Positions 48,567-58,420 of a stretch of DNA of 61,249 nucleotides are shown one piece after another (the stretch's first letter is position 1; each line of letters begins with the position of its first letter). Source of the DNA: Myxococcota bacterium (lineage in GTDB: Bacteria > Myxococcota > XYA12-FULL-58-9 > JABJBS01). The notes below the pieces were generated by a model. That model saw only the letters and a program-made list of their open reading frames with translations, did not search any database and was not told where the DNA came from. Both the position numbers and the translations under genes were made by a program. The stretch covers positions 1 to 61,249 of the forward strand of contig JAYZAY010000004.1 of assembly GCA_036339465.1 (NCBI GenBank), written 5' to 3'.

Positions 48567-49808
48567 ATGAAAAATTGGTTTTCGAAGCCTCTGGTGATTG
48601 CTCTATTATTTGGGACGCTTGTTCCATTGGTTAATATCGATAGGTTTCCCTATGCAAATGCGGCGAGTCGTTTTGCTACGATTGATTCTCTGATTCACCG
48701 TGGAACGTTTATCATTGATGAAAGCTCCTTTATGCACGAGACCGTGGATAAGGCGATGGTTGATGGACACTTCCTATCGACCAAACCACCGGTTCTTTCG
48801 GTGGCAAGTGCGGGTATCTACGGCTTGGTGTATCACATTACGGGACTTTCCTTTGAAAGCAATCGTCGTGGAGCGATTCGGATGGTGACGTTCTTAGTTG
48901 CCGGTATTTCGCATTTGCTCATGATTTGGATAGCCCATCTCTTTTTATGCTTGTGGTTTGGCTCAAGAGAGGAAAAATACTATCGGATTGGTCTCACTGT
49001 TTATTCCATCGGTTTATTGCATTTTGGTTATGCTTCAAGCCTCAACAATCATACCATTGCATCGACCCTTCTTTTTGGGGCTATCTACTTGGCAGTAAGA
49101 CGTCGAAGCACTGGGCGTAGAGAGGTGAAAGATATTGTTCTAATAGCTCTATTGTTGATGTTTAGTGCGACCATCGATTTACCCAGTTTGGCATTATTTG
49201 CCTTGGTGCCCCTCTATCTCTGGCCTACGTTGAAGACTAAAGATTGGCTTGTTTATGTTCTGGTGGGGATGATTCCGTTACTACTTCATTTTTGGCTAAC
49301 CTACGAGTCCACAGGTTCTATTCTCCCTCTTTATCTCCGCCCAGAGGTTTATGATTACCCGGGCTCATATTGGAACAACCCCGGCGGTATTGATGCGTCG
49401 AAAGATCCCATTTGGATATACATTTTTCATACCCTTGTAGGACACCATGGCTATTTCTCTTTTACGCCGATTTTGCTTTTTGCTGTCCCATCTCTTTACC
49501 GGCATGTTCGAGGAGGCACCAAACATCGAGATGAAGCGCTTTTATTCGGCGTGTTTTGGTTGGTGATTCTGGCCTTTATTTGGGGAAAAACAACAAATTA
49601 CGGTGGCGTATGTGTGGGTTTGAGGTGGGGTTTCATGACGATGCCGCTCTTGTTGCTATTTGCTCTAGACGAAATGAAGCAGCGGCAAGTGTCTAAGGTA
49701 GCCACCGTTCTATGGGTGGTGATTGGGGTATTGACTGCCGTGGATGCGTTGGACAACCCTTGGCATACCTCTAGGATACACAGTTTTATAAGCTGGGTCA
49801 GTTCATAG
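48567..49808 (+). CDS. Polytopic membrane protein, probable GT-C fold (ArnT/PMT-like) glycosyltransferase
   Basis: TM1 followed by loop SRFATIDSL...G.F.ID...VDK...GHF.STKPP, NNH motif, GG...GLRW; lies between GT4 and GT2 genes. Confidence 0.6.
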   Translation: MKNWFSKPLVIALLFGTLVPLVNIDRFPYANAASRFATIDSLIHRGTFIIDESSFMHETVDKAMVDGHFLSTKPPVLSVASAGIYGLVYHITGLSFESNRRGAIRMVTFLVAGISHLLMIWIAHLFLCLWFGSREEKYYRIGLTVYSIGLLHFGYASSLNNHTIASTLLFGAIYLAVRRRSTGRREVKDIVLIALLLMFSATIDLPSLALFALVPLYLWPTLKTKDWLVYVLVGMIPLLLHFWLTYESTGSILPLYLRPEVYDYPGSYWNNPGGIDASKDPIWIYIFHTLVGHHGYFSFTPILLFAVPSLYRHVRGGTKHRDEALLFGVFWLVILAFIWGKTTNYGGVCVGLRWGFMTMPLLLLFALDEMKQRQVSKVATVLWVVIGVLTAVDALDNPWHTSRIHSFISWVSS

Positions 49809-49825
49809 AATGGTTTGTGTTGGGA

Positions 49826-50812
49826 TCAAGAAGAGTGGTCTGAACGAATCACGTAGTTGGGCTTTGTTTCTCGGTGTCCGCGGATAACGAGCTCTCCCAC
49901 GAGGCCGGTACTTACCAATTGAACTCCGAAAATGAGAAGCAGGATCCCCAATAAGAGAAGGGGACGCTGCCCAATGCTCTCGCCCATGAGCCAAAGAGCG
50001 GAAAGGTAAAGGAGAAGCGAAAAACCTACGGCTCCAAGTCCCAAGCCTACTGTGCCAAAGAAATGAAGTGGGCGGGTTGAGAATCGTGTTGCGACGATAA
50101 CTGTCAGTAAGTCAAAGAAGCCCCGGGTAAAGCGCTCCCAACCATATTTTGACTCTCCGTGTTGGCGTGCATGGTGCTCCACGGAAATTTCACCCACTCG
50201 GAATCCATTACCGTGTACCAATACCGGAACGAACCGATGAAGATCTCCGTAGAGGGTCAAGTTTTCTGTGGCCTCACGGCGGTACGCTTTAAAGCCACAA
50301 TTAAAATCGTTTAGTTCGATATGGGTGAATTTACGAACTACGTAATTGAATAGCTTTGATGGCAGCGTTTTACCGAGGGGGTCGTGTCGTTTCTGCTTCC
50401 AGCCACTAACGACATCATAACCCGTTTCTAGTTTTTGCAGAAATCGAGAAATCTCCTTTGGGTCGTCTTGCAGATCAGCATCCATGGTGAAAATAACCTT
50501 GCCTCTGGCTCTTCGAAACCCTGCGTCCAAAGCAGCGGCTTTTCCGAAATTGCGTCGGAAGGCGATGACTCGGATCTGTGGGTATTCTTTTCGCAACTGT
50601 TCCATTTCGGTGAGAGTCTGATCTGTACTGCCATCGTCGATGAAGATGATTTCGTAGGTTTGACCCAGCCTCGTGACCGCTTCATGGAGCAAATTACGAA
50701 GGGTTCGAATGGTTGCCTCTTCGTTCATGGCTGGGATCACAAAACTCAAATCAAGTGATTCGGCCGTAGCTAGGGGGATGGGTTCGTTTGCTGTTTGCTG
50801 TTTATTCAACAT
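49826..50812 (-). CDS. Glycosyltransferase family 2, polyprenol-phosphate glycosyltransferase (ArnC/GtrB/DPM1-like)
   Basis: VIPAMNEE, IDDGSTD, RRNFGKAAAL.AG, MDADLQDDP, DFNCGFKAY, HRFVP, two C-terminal TM helices. Confidence 0.93.
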   Translation of the reverse strand: MLNKQQTANEPIPLATAESLDLSFVIPAMNEEATIRTLRNLLHEAVTRLGQTYEIIFIDDGSTDQTLTEMEQLRKEYPQIRVIAFRRNFGKAAALDAGFRRARGKVIFTMDADLQDDPKEISRFLQKLETGYDVVSGWKQKRHDPLGKTLPSKLFNYVVRKFTHIELNDFNCGFKAYRREATENLTLYGDLHRFVPVLVHGNGFRVGEISVEHHARQHGESKYGWERFTRGFFDLLTVIVATRFSTRPLHFFGTVGLGLGAVGFSLLLYLSALWLMGESIGQRPLLLLGILLLIFGVQLVSTGLVGELVIRGHRETKPNYVIRSDHSS

Positions 50813-51592
50813 TCTAGCCCCCTAATTCTCCTGTGCACGGTGCCTTGTCAAACTGAATCGAAGCGAAATGTACACGCCGAGGGGATTTTCGTCTTGTTTG
50901 GATAGATAGCGGTGGCGAATGGCTCGGTTTAGACCCCGTGGGACCTGGTTCTCCAACATCTGAGCTAGGTTTGTCTTGAAGGCTTCCGTAAAGTCACTCT
51001 GATAGGTGCCGGTATGTTCGGTGGAGTGGTCCGGTGATTCTATACGGCCCCAGATGATTTTGCTTTTTTTGGGGGGTGTCGCGACCGTCTTGTGAATAAG
51101 ACGCGATAGTCAAGCTTCTCGCGTGGGGTTAGGGACCGTCGGTGGGGCAGGGGGGCTTGTTTGGCTATTGCACGATGCCCTATTTGGACGCATTCTGGGA
51201 ACGTTTTTCCCAGATGATAAGTCCGGTTTGGTTGGGGGTGGCTGCCCCGGTGGGTGCTGACGTGATAGGGCGTGGTTTTGGTTGGCTGGTAGGCTTCACC
51301 ATGGGGTGATTCCTCTGGTTATGGGTTGTGGGGTATGACTTTGTCTTTATTGATTTTGCGGTGCTGGGCATGTTGGAGGCGGTCCAAAAGTTATTGGCTG
51401 GAGGTGTCTTAGCTCACTTCTGGAACTGTGAAAAAAGTATTTCACTCGAGATTTGTTCTGGCGATTTTTCCATTGCAGGGCTTCTGCCAGTCGATATTTT
51501 TTTAGCCTATGGAGTTGGCTATCGGCTTATTTTATGTTTTTAGGTTTTCTCTGAAATACGTTGGTTCAGCGATATAGCCCATAAGGTAAGGC

Positions 51593-52336
51593 ATGAGGCC
51601 CCATTCAAATATATTGATTTATATCTATAAGGCTATTCGGGCGATTCAAATTACTTGGCGCACGTCGTTTCGGATTATCATGGGGGCTCGCAATAATCCC
51701 GAGGCCCACAAGTTATTGGCCCTCGGTCGGATGGATTGGGCGCCAGATCTCTTTAAGCTGGCGAAGGCTGAGCTAAGGGTACTTGGAACAGAAAATGTGG
51801 TTCATGAAGCACCGCACATCTATGTGATGAATCACCAATCTTTCATGGATATTCCCGCTGCATTCTTAGCGCTCCCCGTCAACATCGCGTTTGTAGCCAA
51901 AAAGGAAATCGAGGCTATGCCACTTATGGGAAGGGCCATGAGAGAGATCGGCATGATTTTTGTCGATCGTCGCAATCCGCGAATTGCTATTGAAAGTATG
52001 AAAGCTGGGGCTGAAATGGTTCGTTCTGGGGTCAATGTTTTTGCCTTTCCCGAAGGCACTCGGAGTAAGGATGGAAGGATTCAGTCCTTTAAAAAGGGTT
52101 CGTTTCTGTTGGCTATTGAAGCCGGCGTTCCTATGGTGCCCATGGCAGTTCAAGGGGCCAACGATGTTTTACCCCCTGCAGGGTTTAAACCAGAAGCTGG
52201 TTTAATTACGGTGGTGATTGGTGAGCCGATTTCCACCCATGGTTACACGGGAGAGACTGTACCGTTGTTGATGGACAGGGTTCGTTTGCAAATTATTTCC
52301 CTGAGCGAATCCATTGGGGGCCGCGGGGGGGACTGA
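51593..52336 (+). CDS. plsC: 1-acyl-sn-glycerol-3-phosphate acyltransferase
   Basis: NHQSFMD (HX4D), FVAKKE, FVDR, FPEGTRS, FKKG. Confidence 0.88.
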   Translation: MRPHSNILIYIYKAIRAIQITWRTSFRIIMGARNNPEAHKLLALGRMDWAPDLFKLAKAELRVLGTENVVHEAPHIYVMNHQSFMDIPAAFLALPVNIAFVAKKEIEAMPLMGRAMREIGMIFVDRRNPRIAIESMKAGAEMVRSGVNVFAFPEGTRSKDGRIQSFKKGSFLLAIEAGVPMVPMAVQGANDVLPPAGFKPEAGLITVVIGEPISTHGYTGETVPLLMDRVRLQIISLSESIGGRGGD

Positions 52337-52589
52337 GGTCTTCTTCTTTGGTGGGTTTTTGTTCACAAGCATCCTAAAAAGGTGGGGTCCGGAAAGATTT
52401 CAAACTCTTTATGGAATAGATTATATAAGTGTAGAATCTAAGATGATTTTATTGGTCTACGATTCGATGTGGCTTGTCTGTGCGGTTTGTCCCCCTACAG
52501 CGCAGTGGATTTGGGACATGCCGACTCCAATAGGCCGTGGAGAAGGGAAAGTCTGGTACACAAACCTAAGCTAGGAAAAGAGTTCTTTG

Positions 52590-53420
52590 TTATTTCGAAG
52601 TTCGAATCCTCAGGATCTCCGCGACGATGGATGTTTTCTCCCCATGGATTTCGTCGAACCAGGTGGTCACGTGAAGTCCGTCTAGTTCCACGAAGTAGAG
52701 GCGGTCGGAGCATTTATTCCGGCGATAGCGCGACCTTGGGTCGCCTCTGAGAACCTCCACCAAAAGTCTGGCCATGTGTTCGGTCGTCTGGATGAGCGCA
52801 TCGCTGGGTCGCCCCTCAGAGAAGATAGATTCCAATTGTTGACAGGCTCGGCGGGTGAAACAAACTTCCAAATCATTCTCAAAGATGGCTGTGGGTCGAG
52901 CCCAATCGGGGACTTTTACTGGAGTAAGGATTTCCCCTTTTGCATTTTTTGGATCATCAAAGGTGGGTAAGTAGGGTTTGATATCCAATACGGGTGTACC
53001 ATCCACCAAATCGATTCCTTCGAGAATGAGCGTATTACGCGATACTTCCATCAATCGAACCAAGCTTAAGCCAATGGGCACGGGTCTGTGAGGACTTCGG
53101 GTGGCAAAGACCCCAACTTTGTCACCTCCGAGTCTCGGTGGTGAAATCTTACTTCTGACGGTATGGTTTGGTGCTTGGTGTCCTTCACTGGCTTGGGCGT
53201 GTTTATCGAGGTGAAAAACGAAAATAATCCAGACATGGGAGAATTCTGTCAGTTTGTCCAAGCTAAAGTCAGGATTGTTCAGTTTGGGGGTGCTGAGTTG
53301 TAGGCGCGCTCTACCGCTGGGGGAGACACCGGGTTGGCGAGGGGTGCCGTTTTTGGTTTGAAAGCAACTTTCGAGAACACCGATGGGTGAGAAAGTGTAG
53401 GGACTAGAGGGTGTGGGCAT
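52590..53420 (-). CDS. tsaA: tRNA t6A37 N6-methyltransferase TrmO
   Basis: PIG...SCF..K.GTPRQ, FSHVWIIFVFH, PPRLGG..VGVFATRSPHRP.PIGLS, DLVDGTPVLDIKPY, DPR. Confidence 0.92.
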   Translation of the reverse strand: MPTPSSPYTFSPIGVLESCFQTKNGTPRQPGVSPSGRARLQLSTPKLNNPDFSLDKLTEFSHVWIIFVFHLDKHAQASEGHQAPNHTVRSKISPPRLGGDKVGVFATRSPHRPVPIGLSLVRLMEVSRNTLILEGIDLVDGTPVLDIKPYLPTFDDPKNAKGEILTPVKVPDWARPTAIFENDLEVCFTRRACQQLESIFSEGRPSDALIQTTEHMARLLVEVLRGDPRSRYRRNKCSDRLYFVELDGLHVTTWFDEIHGEKTSIVAEILRIRTSK

Positions 53421-53686
53421 GGTCAAATCTCAGACTAAAGCTAGATGCTCAGTTATCCTGGTCGCTTGTATAGGCCAAGTAAAAAGAAATCCAATTGTGA
53501 TAAGCCACCAGCAGAAAATGGAATATTCGGGCGCCGAGTTACGACTTCGATGTGTAAGATTGTGAATTTCCCACCCATAAACCCAATGAATATCAGTAAA
53601 CAGAGAGAAAAAGCATGAGCACCCGTGATGAAACCAATATTTCTTAGAACCAATCTTCTTTCAGCCTCCCAAAGGGTTAGAAAGCA

Positions 53687-53717
53687 AATGCAAGACTCCC
53701 AATGCAAGACTCCCAAT
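53687..53717. repeat. Perfect 14-bp tandem direct repeat upstream of topB
   Basis: AATGCAAGACTCCC twice plus AAT, ending 47 nt before ATG 53765. Confidence 0.9.
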
Positions 53718-53764
53718 CCTAGGCGCTTTACGCTACAACCCGTCGAATAGGAGGACCTTTCACC

Positions 53765-55837
53765 ATGAAGCTCTTTATTGCAGAGAAACCGTCTTTGGGT
53801 AGGGTTATTGCCGAAGGCCTGGGGGGAGGACGGGCAGAGAAGGGTTTTATCCAAGGCCGGGATTGGGTGGTGACTTGGTGTTTCGGCCATCTCTACGAGA
53901 TGTGCATGCCCGATGAATACGATGCGCGATTTAAAAAATGGACCCGGGAAGACCTGCCCATCGTTCCTACTCTCTTTCGATTGAAGCCCCGCAAGGATGC
54001 GTCGGCGCAAATCAAAGTGATTCGAAGCTTGGTAAAAGATGCTTCCGAAATTGTAAACGCAGGTGATCCCGATCGCGAAGGACAACTTTTAGTGGATGAA
54101 GTGCTCTGGGAGTTGCGGAATCGCAAGCCGGTCTCAAGGGTTTGGCTTGCGGCTCTGGATGAGCAAAGTGTGCGTAAGGCTTTGGCCACCCTTACCTCCA
54201 ACGAGTGCTACCGAGGGCTCGGTGATGCGGCTTTGGCTCGAAGTCGTGCTGATTGGTTGGTGGGTCTCAATCTAACCCGGGGCTATACGGTTCGCGCCGG
54301 CCGTACGGTTACGGTAGGACGCGTTCAAACCCCCACTCTCAATTTGGTCGTGCAACGAGATCTAGAAATCGAGAACTTTAAGGCCAAAGACTTCTTCACC
54401 CTAGAAGTGACCTTTCAGCATCCTTTGGGAACCTATACCGGCATTTGGAATCACCAAGCTTCGCCCTTGGTCAGAGTGCTCGGGGAAAAGTCCGAGAAGT
54501 GGTTTGATGAAGAAGGTCGGTGTCTCCATAAACCCTTAACGGAAAAAGTTCTGACGTCGGTGGTGGGAAAAAACGGCCAGATTGCGAAAATACAAAATAA
54601 GGAACATAAAGAGCCTCCACCTCTTCCATTCTCACTTTCTGATCTGCAAGCAGAGGCATCGAGACTTTTTGGATTTGGTGCGAAAAAGACCATTGATCTC
54701 GCCCAGGCTCTCTATGAAAGACACAAAGCGATCACGTACCCTCGAACCGACTGTCGTTATCTCTCCAGCGGTCAGTTTCAAGAGGTGGAGGGTACTCTTT
54801 CGGGGATGGGCCAAGCGGATCCGCGTTTTCGTCCCTATGTCGAACGGGCGAATGTCCAATCTCGAAATAGAGCTTTTAACGATAGTCGCGTGACCGCGCA
54901 TACGGCCATTATCCCCACAAATAATCCGAATTTGCCAATAAAGAACCTAAGCTCAGATGAGTTTAAACTCTACAATCTTATCCGCAGACGTTATCTGGCT
55001 CTATTTTATCCTGATCATCGTTATCAGCAAGTCACCCTCACTACGGTGGTGGCAAAGGAACCTTTTGTCTCTAAAGTCAAGACCACACTCGCTCTGGGCT
55101 GGAAAACGCTATTCACCAAAGAGGTGGGAGATGCCAAGTCGGGCCCTAAGGAGAGTATGAAACTTCCCAAGGGTGTGCAAGAGGGTGATACAGCACTTAG
55201 CAGGTCGGCGGAGGTGCTTGCCAAACAAACGACACCGCCACCGAGTTTTACCGAGGGGACCTTGATTCGGGCCATGGCCAATATCGCACGCTATGTCGAC
55301 GATCAGAATGCCAAAAAGAGACTCAGGGAAACCAGCGGTATTGGTACTGAGGCCACCCGGGCAGGAATTATTGAGAACCTCAAGAAAAGGGGCTTTCTTT
55401 TGAGTCAAGGAAAAAAGATCACTTCAAGCGACGCAGGGAGAGAGCTTATTCAGGTGGTCGCCCCGCCCCTTAAAGATCCGGTGACTACTGCCCAATGGGA
55501 GGACAGGATGCTCGACATCGAGAAGGGAAGGGCTCCTTTGAGTGGTTTTATCGAGGGTATTGGCGCGTGGGTTTCTAAGACACTCGAATTGGTGGACCAA
55601 GCGGAATTCAAAATCCTTGCGGCGCAGCCATCGGTCATCGATTCCCAGAAGAAAAACACTTCCCGAAACAACAAACCCACCACTAAAATGGTTGCTTACG
55701 CTAAGCGTTTGGCAAAGCAAAAAGGCTTGAAGCGCTTACCCAATGGCGTGGCCTCTGATTTTCAGGTGTGCCGGTTATTTCTAGATAAACATGGATCATC
55801 GAATAAGAACCCGCAGAAGCCGTCTAAGCTGAGCTAG
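53765..55837 (+). CDS. topB: DNA topoisomerase III (type IA)
   Basis: RBS GGAGG; IAEKPS, VTWCFGHL, AGDPDREG, GRVQTPTL, ITYPRTD catalytic Tyr, AHTAIIPT, GIGTEATRA. Confidence 0.93.
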   Translation: MKLFIAEKPSLGRVIAEGLGGGRAEKGFIQGRDWVVTWCFGHLYEMCMPDEYDARFKKWTREDLPIVPTLFRLKPRKDASAQIKVIRSLVKDASEIVNAGDPDREGQLLVDEVLWELRNRKPVSRVWLAALDEQSVRKALATLTSNECYRGLGDAALARSRADWLVGLNLTRGYTVRAGRTVTVGRVQTPTLNLVVQRDLEIENFKAKDFFTLEVTFQHPLGTYTGIWNHQASPLVRVLGEKSEKWFDEEGRCLHKPLTEKVLTSVVGKNGQIAKIQNKEHKEPPPLPFSLSDLQAEASRLFGFGAKKTIDLAQALYERHKAITYPRTDCRYLSSGQFQEVEGTLSGMGQADPRFRPYVERANVQSRNRAFNDSRVTAHTAIIPTNNPNLPIKNLSSDEFKLYNLIRRRYLALFYPDHRYQQVTLTTVVAKEPFVSKVKTTLALGWKTLFTKEVGDAKSGPKESMKLPKGVQEGDTALSRSAEVLAKQTTPPPSFTEGTLIRAMANIARYVDDQNAKKRLRETSGIGTEATRAGIIENLKKRGFLLSQGKKITSSDAGRELIQVVAPPLKDPVTTAQWEDRMLDIEKGRAPLSGFIEGIGAWVSKTLELVDQAEFKILAAQPSVIDSQKKNTSRNNKPTTKMVAYAKRLAKQKGLKRLPNGVASDFQVCRLFLDKHGSSNKNPQKPSKLS

Positions 55838-55857
55838 ATGGCTTTTGCGGGTTTTGT
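55808..55857 (+). terminator. Intrinsic terminator overlapping the topB stop codon
   Basis: AACCCGCAGAAGCCGTCTA-N8-TAGATGGCTTTTGCGGGTT, a 19-bp stem with two G.U pairs, then TTGT. Confidence 0.7.
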
Positions 55858-56201
55858 GCGCGAGAGAGCCTACTTGGAAACAGATGTAACCGCCCAGTTA
55901 GAGAAGTTTTGAATTGCGGCGTTTATGCCAGCAAAGTCTTGGTCTTGTTTATGGTTGAAAAATAAGAGGGCTTGTTTTCGGTGTTTTTGAGGAAGTGTTG
56001 GGTGAGGATGGAGGCGAGTCTCATTGTGAGTTATGTTTGAACCAACTTGTTGATTGATTATAGTGATTCGGATGGGTTTTCGGAAGGGGATCCGGGCAGG
56101 GGTATTATTGGCGTTATACCTGTTGATGGGGAGGGAGCCTGGGTGTCTTTTTGTCTGGGATTTTTTGGGATTGGTAAGGGATTGTCTTATTTAGGGGTAT
56201 G

Positions 56202-57209
56202 TTAGTAAATTAACATGTCGATGCGTCCAATTTGCTCTCTTAGATCTTGGGTTTCCCGCTGCCAGTATTGCGTGGTTCCGAAATGCTCGAAGGTTTGTTT
56301 GAAGATGCGGTCTTCCCATCGCCGGGCGATCCAGGTGGCATAGTGGATGTAGCGGAGCGCTCTTAAGGGTTCGATGAGCTTGAGTTCCGCCCGGTCGAAG
56401 GTGCGAAACGCTTCATAGGATTCTATGAGGATTTCCCGTTGCTGTTTGCCGTGGTCATCGTAGTCGGGGACGAGCATCCAGATATCTTGAATCGCTGGGC
56501 CGTTGGCCATGTCATCGAAATCCAAGAAGGTTGCTCCGTTTGGGGTCCAAAGAACATTCCCAAAATGACAATCACCATGGATACGGATATTCTTGATGCC
56601 GTTAAACATGGGTTCGATGCGAGTTAACAGGGCTTCCACGGTGACCTTAAAGTTTTCTCTCGCGTCTTCGGGAATGACATTGTGTTCCAGGAGGAAGTTT
56701 AGGTTGGCCCGACCGTAGCTTGTGGGATTGAGGTTGATTCGCTCTGGAGCGGGGGCCATGGCGCCGATGTTATGGATGCGCCCCAAAAGTCGCCCCAGCA
56801 TTTGGATCTGTTCTTTGCCCAACTCTTCGGGATTCCGCCCGCCGGTACGCTTGAAAAGAGCGTAGAATATTCCGTCCACTAGGCCAATGGTTTCACCGTT
56901 ACCGAGGTCGATGGGCATGGCCACAGGGATTTCTACCGCTTCTAGTTCTTTGAGGAATTGATGTTCGGCGAGAATGGCTTCTTTACTCCAGCGGCCAGGT
57001 CGGTAGAATTTACCCACCACCATGGTTTCATCGTCGAGTTCTAATTGGTAGACGCGATTCTCGTAACTATTGAGAATAATAAAGCGTCCGGTGCATTTTC
57101 GCCCATCGGCTTCCACCGCATCGAGGACGCTTTCGGGCGTGAGGTCGTTGAATTTTCCGGCGAGGGGATGGACTCCAAAAGGCAGATCTAAGGTGGTCGT
57201 GTCGTTCAT
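56202..57209 (-). CDS. srkA: Stress-response Ser/Thr kinase SrkA/RdoA (YihE)
   Basis: LNSYENRVYQ, KFYRPGRWS, EHQFL.EL, RIHGDCH.GN, LDFDD..GPAIQDIWML, LIEPLRALR, WIARRWED. Confidence 0.92.
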   Translation of the reverse strand: MNDTTTLDLPFGVHPLAGKFNDLTPESVLDAVEADGRKCTGRFIILNSYENRVYQLELDDETMVVGKFYRPGRWSKEAILAEHQFLKELEAVEIPVAMPIDLGNGETIGLVDGIFYALFKRTGGRNPEELGKEQIQMLGRLLGRIHNIGAMAPAPERINLNPTSYGRANLNFLLEHNVIPEDARENFKVTVEALLTRIEPMFNGIKNIRIHGDCHFGNVLWTPNGATFLDFDDMANGPAIQDIWMLVPDYDDHGKQQREILIESYEAFRTFDRAELKLIEPLRALRYIHYATWIARRWEDRIFKQTFEHFGTTQYWQRETQDLREQIGRIDMLIY

Positions 57210-57347
57210 GGCAGTGCCTTATCCTTTGGGTCACCAACACTCAATGGTTTGAGGGATTTGTCGTTATGGCTGACCCTTGAGTGGTTTTGGTGTTTGGGGT
57301 AGGGCGGGTATAAGTGCTTTGAATGCCCCACGAAAGAGGAGATGAGG

Positions 57348-57809
57348 ATGAATCGGCCTTTTAGAATACTTGGTTTACAGCAAATCGCCATCGGTGGCCG
57401 AGATAAATCGACGTTAAGCAATCTTTGGGTCGACATCTTCGGACTTGAAAAGATGGGTTGCTACCGAAGTGAAAAAGAAAATGTGGATGAAGATATTCTA
57501 GTTTGTGGACGGGGCGGAGCGGCGATTCAAATAGATTTGATGCAACCTATTGCTCCTGAGAAACGTCCTAAAGTGCATGAACCTGCACTCAATCATATTG
57601 GCCTTTGGGTAGACAATCTCCAACAAGCGGTGGAGTGGTTGCAAGGTGAAGGGATGCGATTTACGCCAGGGGGTATTCGCCAGGGAGGGGCTGGTCACGA
57701 TGTGGCCTTTATCCACCCGAAGGGGAATGAAGTAAGCCCCTTGTGCGGTGAGGGGGTGTTGATTGAGCTGGTACAAGCACCCCGCGACGTGATTGAAGCA
57801 TTGAGTTGA
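57348..57809 (+). CDS. VOC (glyoxalase / methylmalonyl-CoA epimerase-like) family protein
   Basis: [52 protein letters not shown]. Confidence 0.9.
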   Translation: MNRPFRILGLQQIAIGGRDKSTLSNLWVDIFGLEKMGCYRSEKENVDEDILVCGRGGAAIQIDLMQPIAPEKRPKVHEPALNHIGLWVDNLQQAVEWLQGEGMRFTPGGIRQGGAGHDVAFIHPKGNEVSPLCGEGVLIELVQAPRDVIEALS

Positions 57810-58420
57810 TTTGATTGGGCGTTCTTCTGCTTGCGACTGATTGGTTTGCGCAAAGGAGCATTTTCGTTCTACTTTGGACCTTCGGTTCTCGCTTTCTCGG
57901 TCTTTATCCTGCTCCCCCCAATCGATGATATGTTTGTGCTTTTCCCAATAAGAGATTGTGATTCCGAAACCATCGGCATCGCAGTAGGAATGGGAGGAGT
58001 TTGGATAGGGCACTTTCTGATATGATGTCTGACTTGGTTTTTCCACAAGATGGGGCCCGAGATAATTGATGTCTCCGAGGGTTGTCTTTTTGCGGGACTT
58101 TTGCAAACGAATCGATGAGATTATTGCGATCAATCTGAGTCGTTTTGCCATTTTTGGAGGGTGTCTCGGTAGCACAGGCAGAAGAAGTGGTGGATGATTC
58201 TAAGGACTGTTTTCGTGTGGATGCTCCAAGTGGGTGGGCGAGTATTGCCGGTACCGTGGCCCAACAACCGATGGTGCCAAAAAATTGTGCGCGGCGATTG
58301 CGCGGGACTATTTGCAACTCTGCAAAAAGGGAATGTCCATAAACACGCAACTCCTAGGTAAGTTAACCGAGCATAAATCAACAACTACTTCCAATTACAC
58401 CTGTCAAAGGGATAATAGCC

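Noticed and set aside
50905..50960. GGTGGCGAATGG...TAGAC resembling a tRNA D-arm
   Set aside because: No T-loop GTTCRA and no acceptor stem.
51519..51545. GCCGATAG sigma28-like -10 box on the minus strand
   Set aside because: No matching -35 box at 15-nt spacing and no intact gene directly downstream.
53453..54085. 210-aa minus-strand ORF
   Set aside because: Antisense to the well-supported topB 5' end; no motifs.
57498..58384. Several overlapping ORFs between the VOC gene and the phosphatase
   Set aside because: No consistent frame, RBS or motif; the longest is antisense to the VOC gene.
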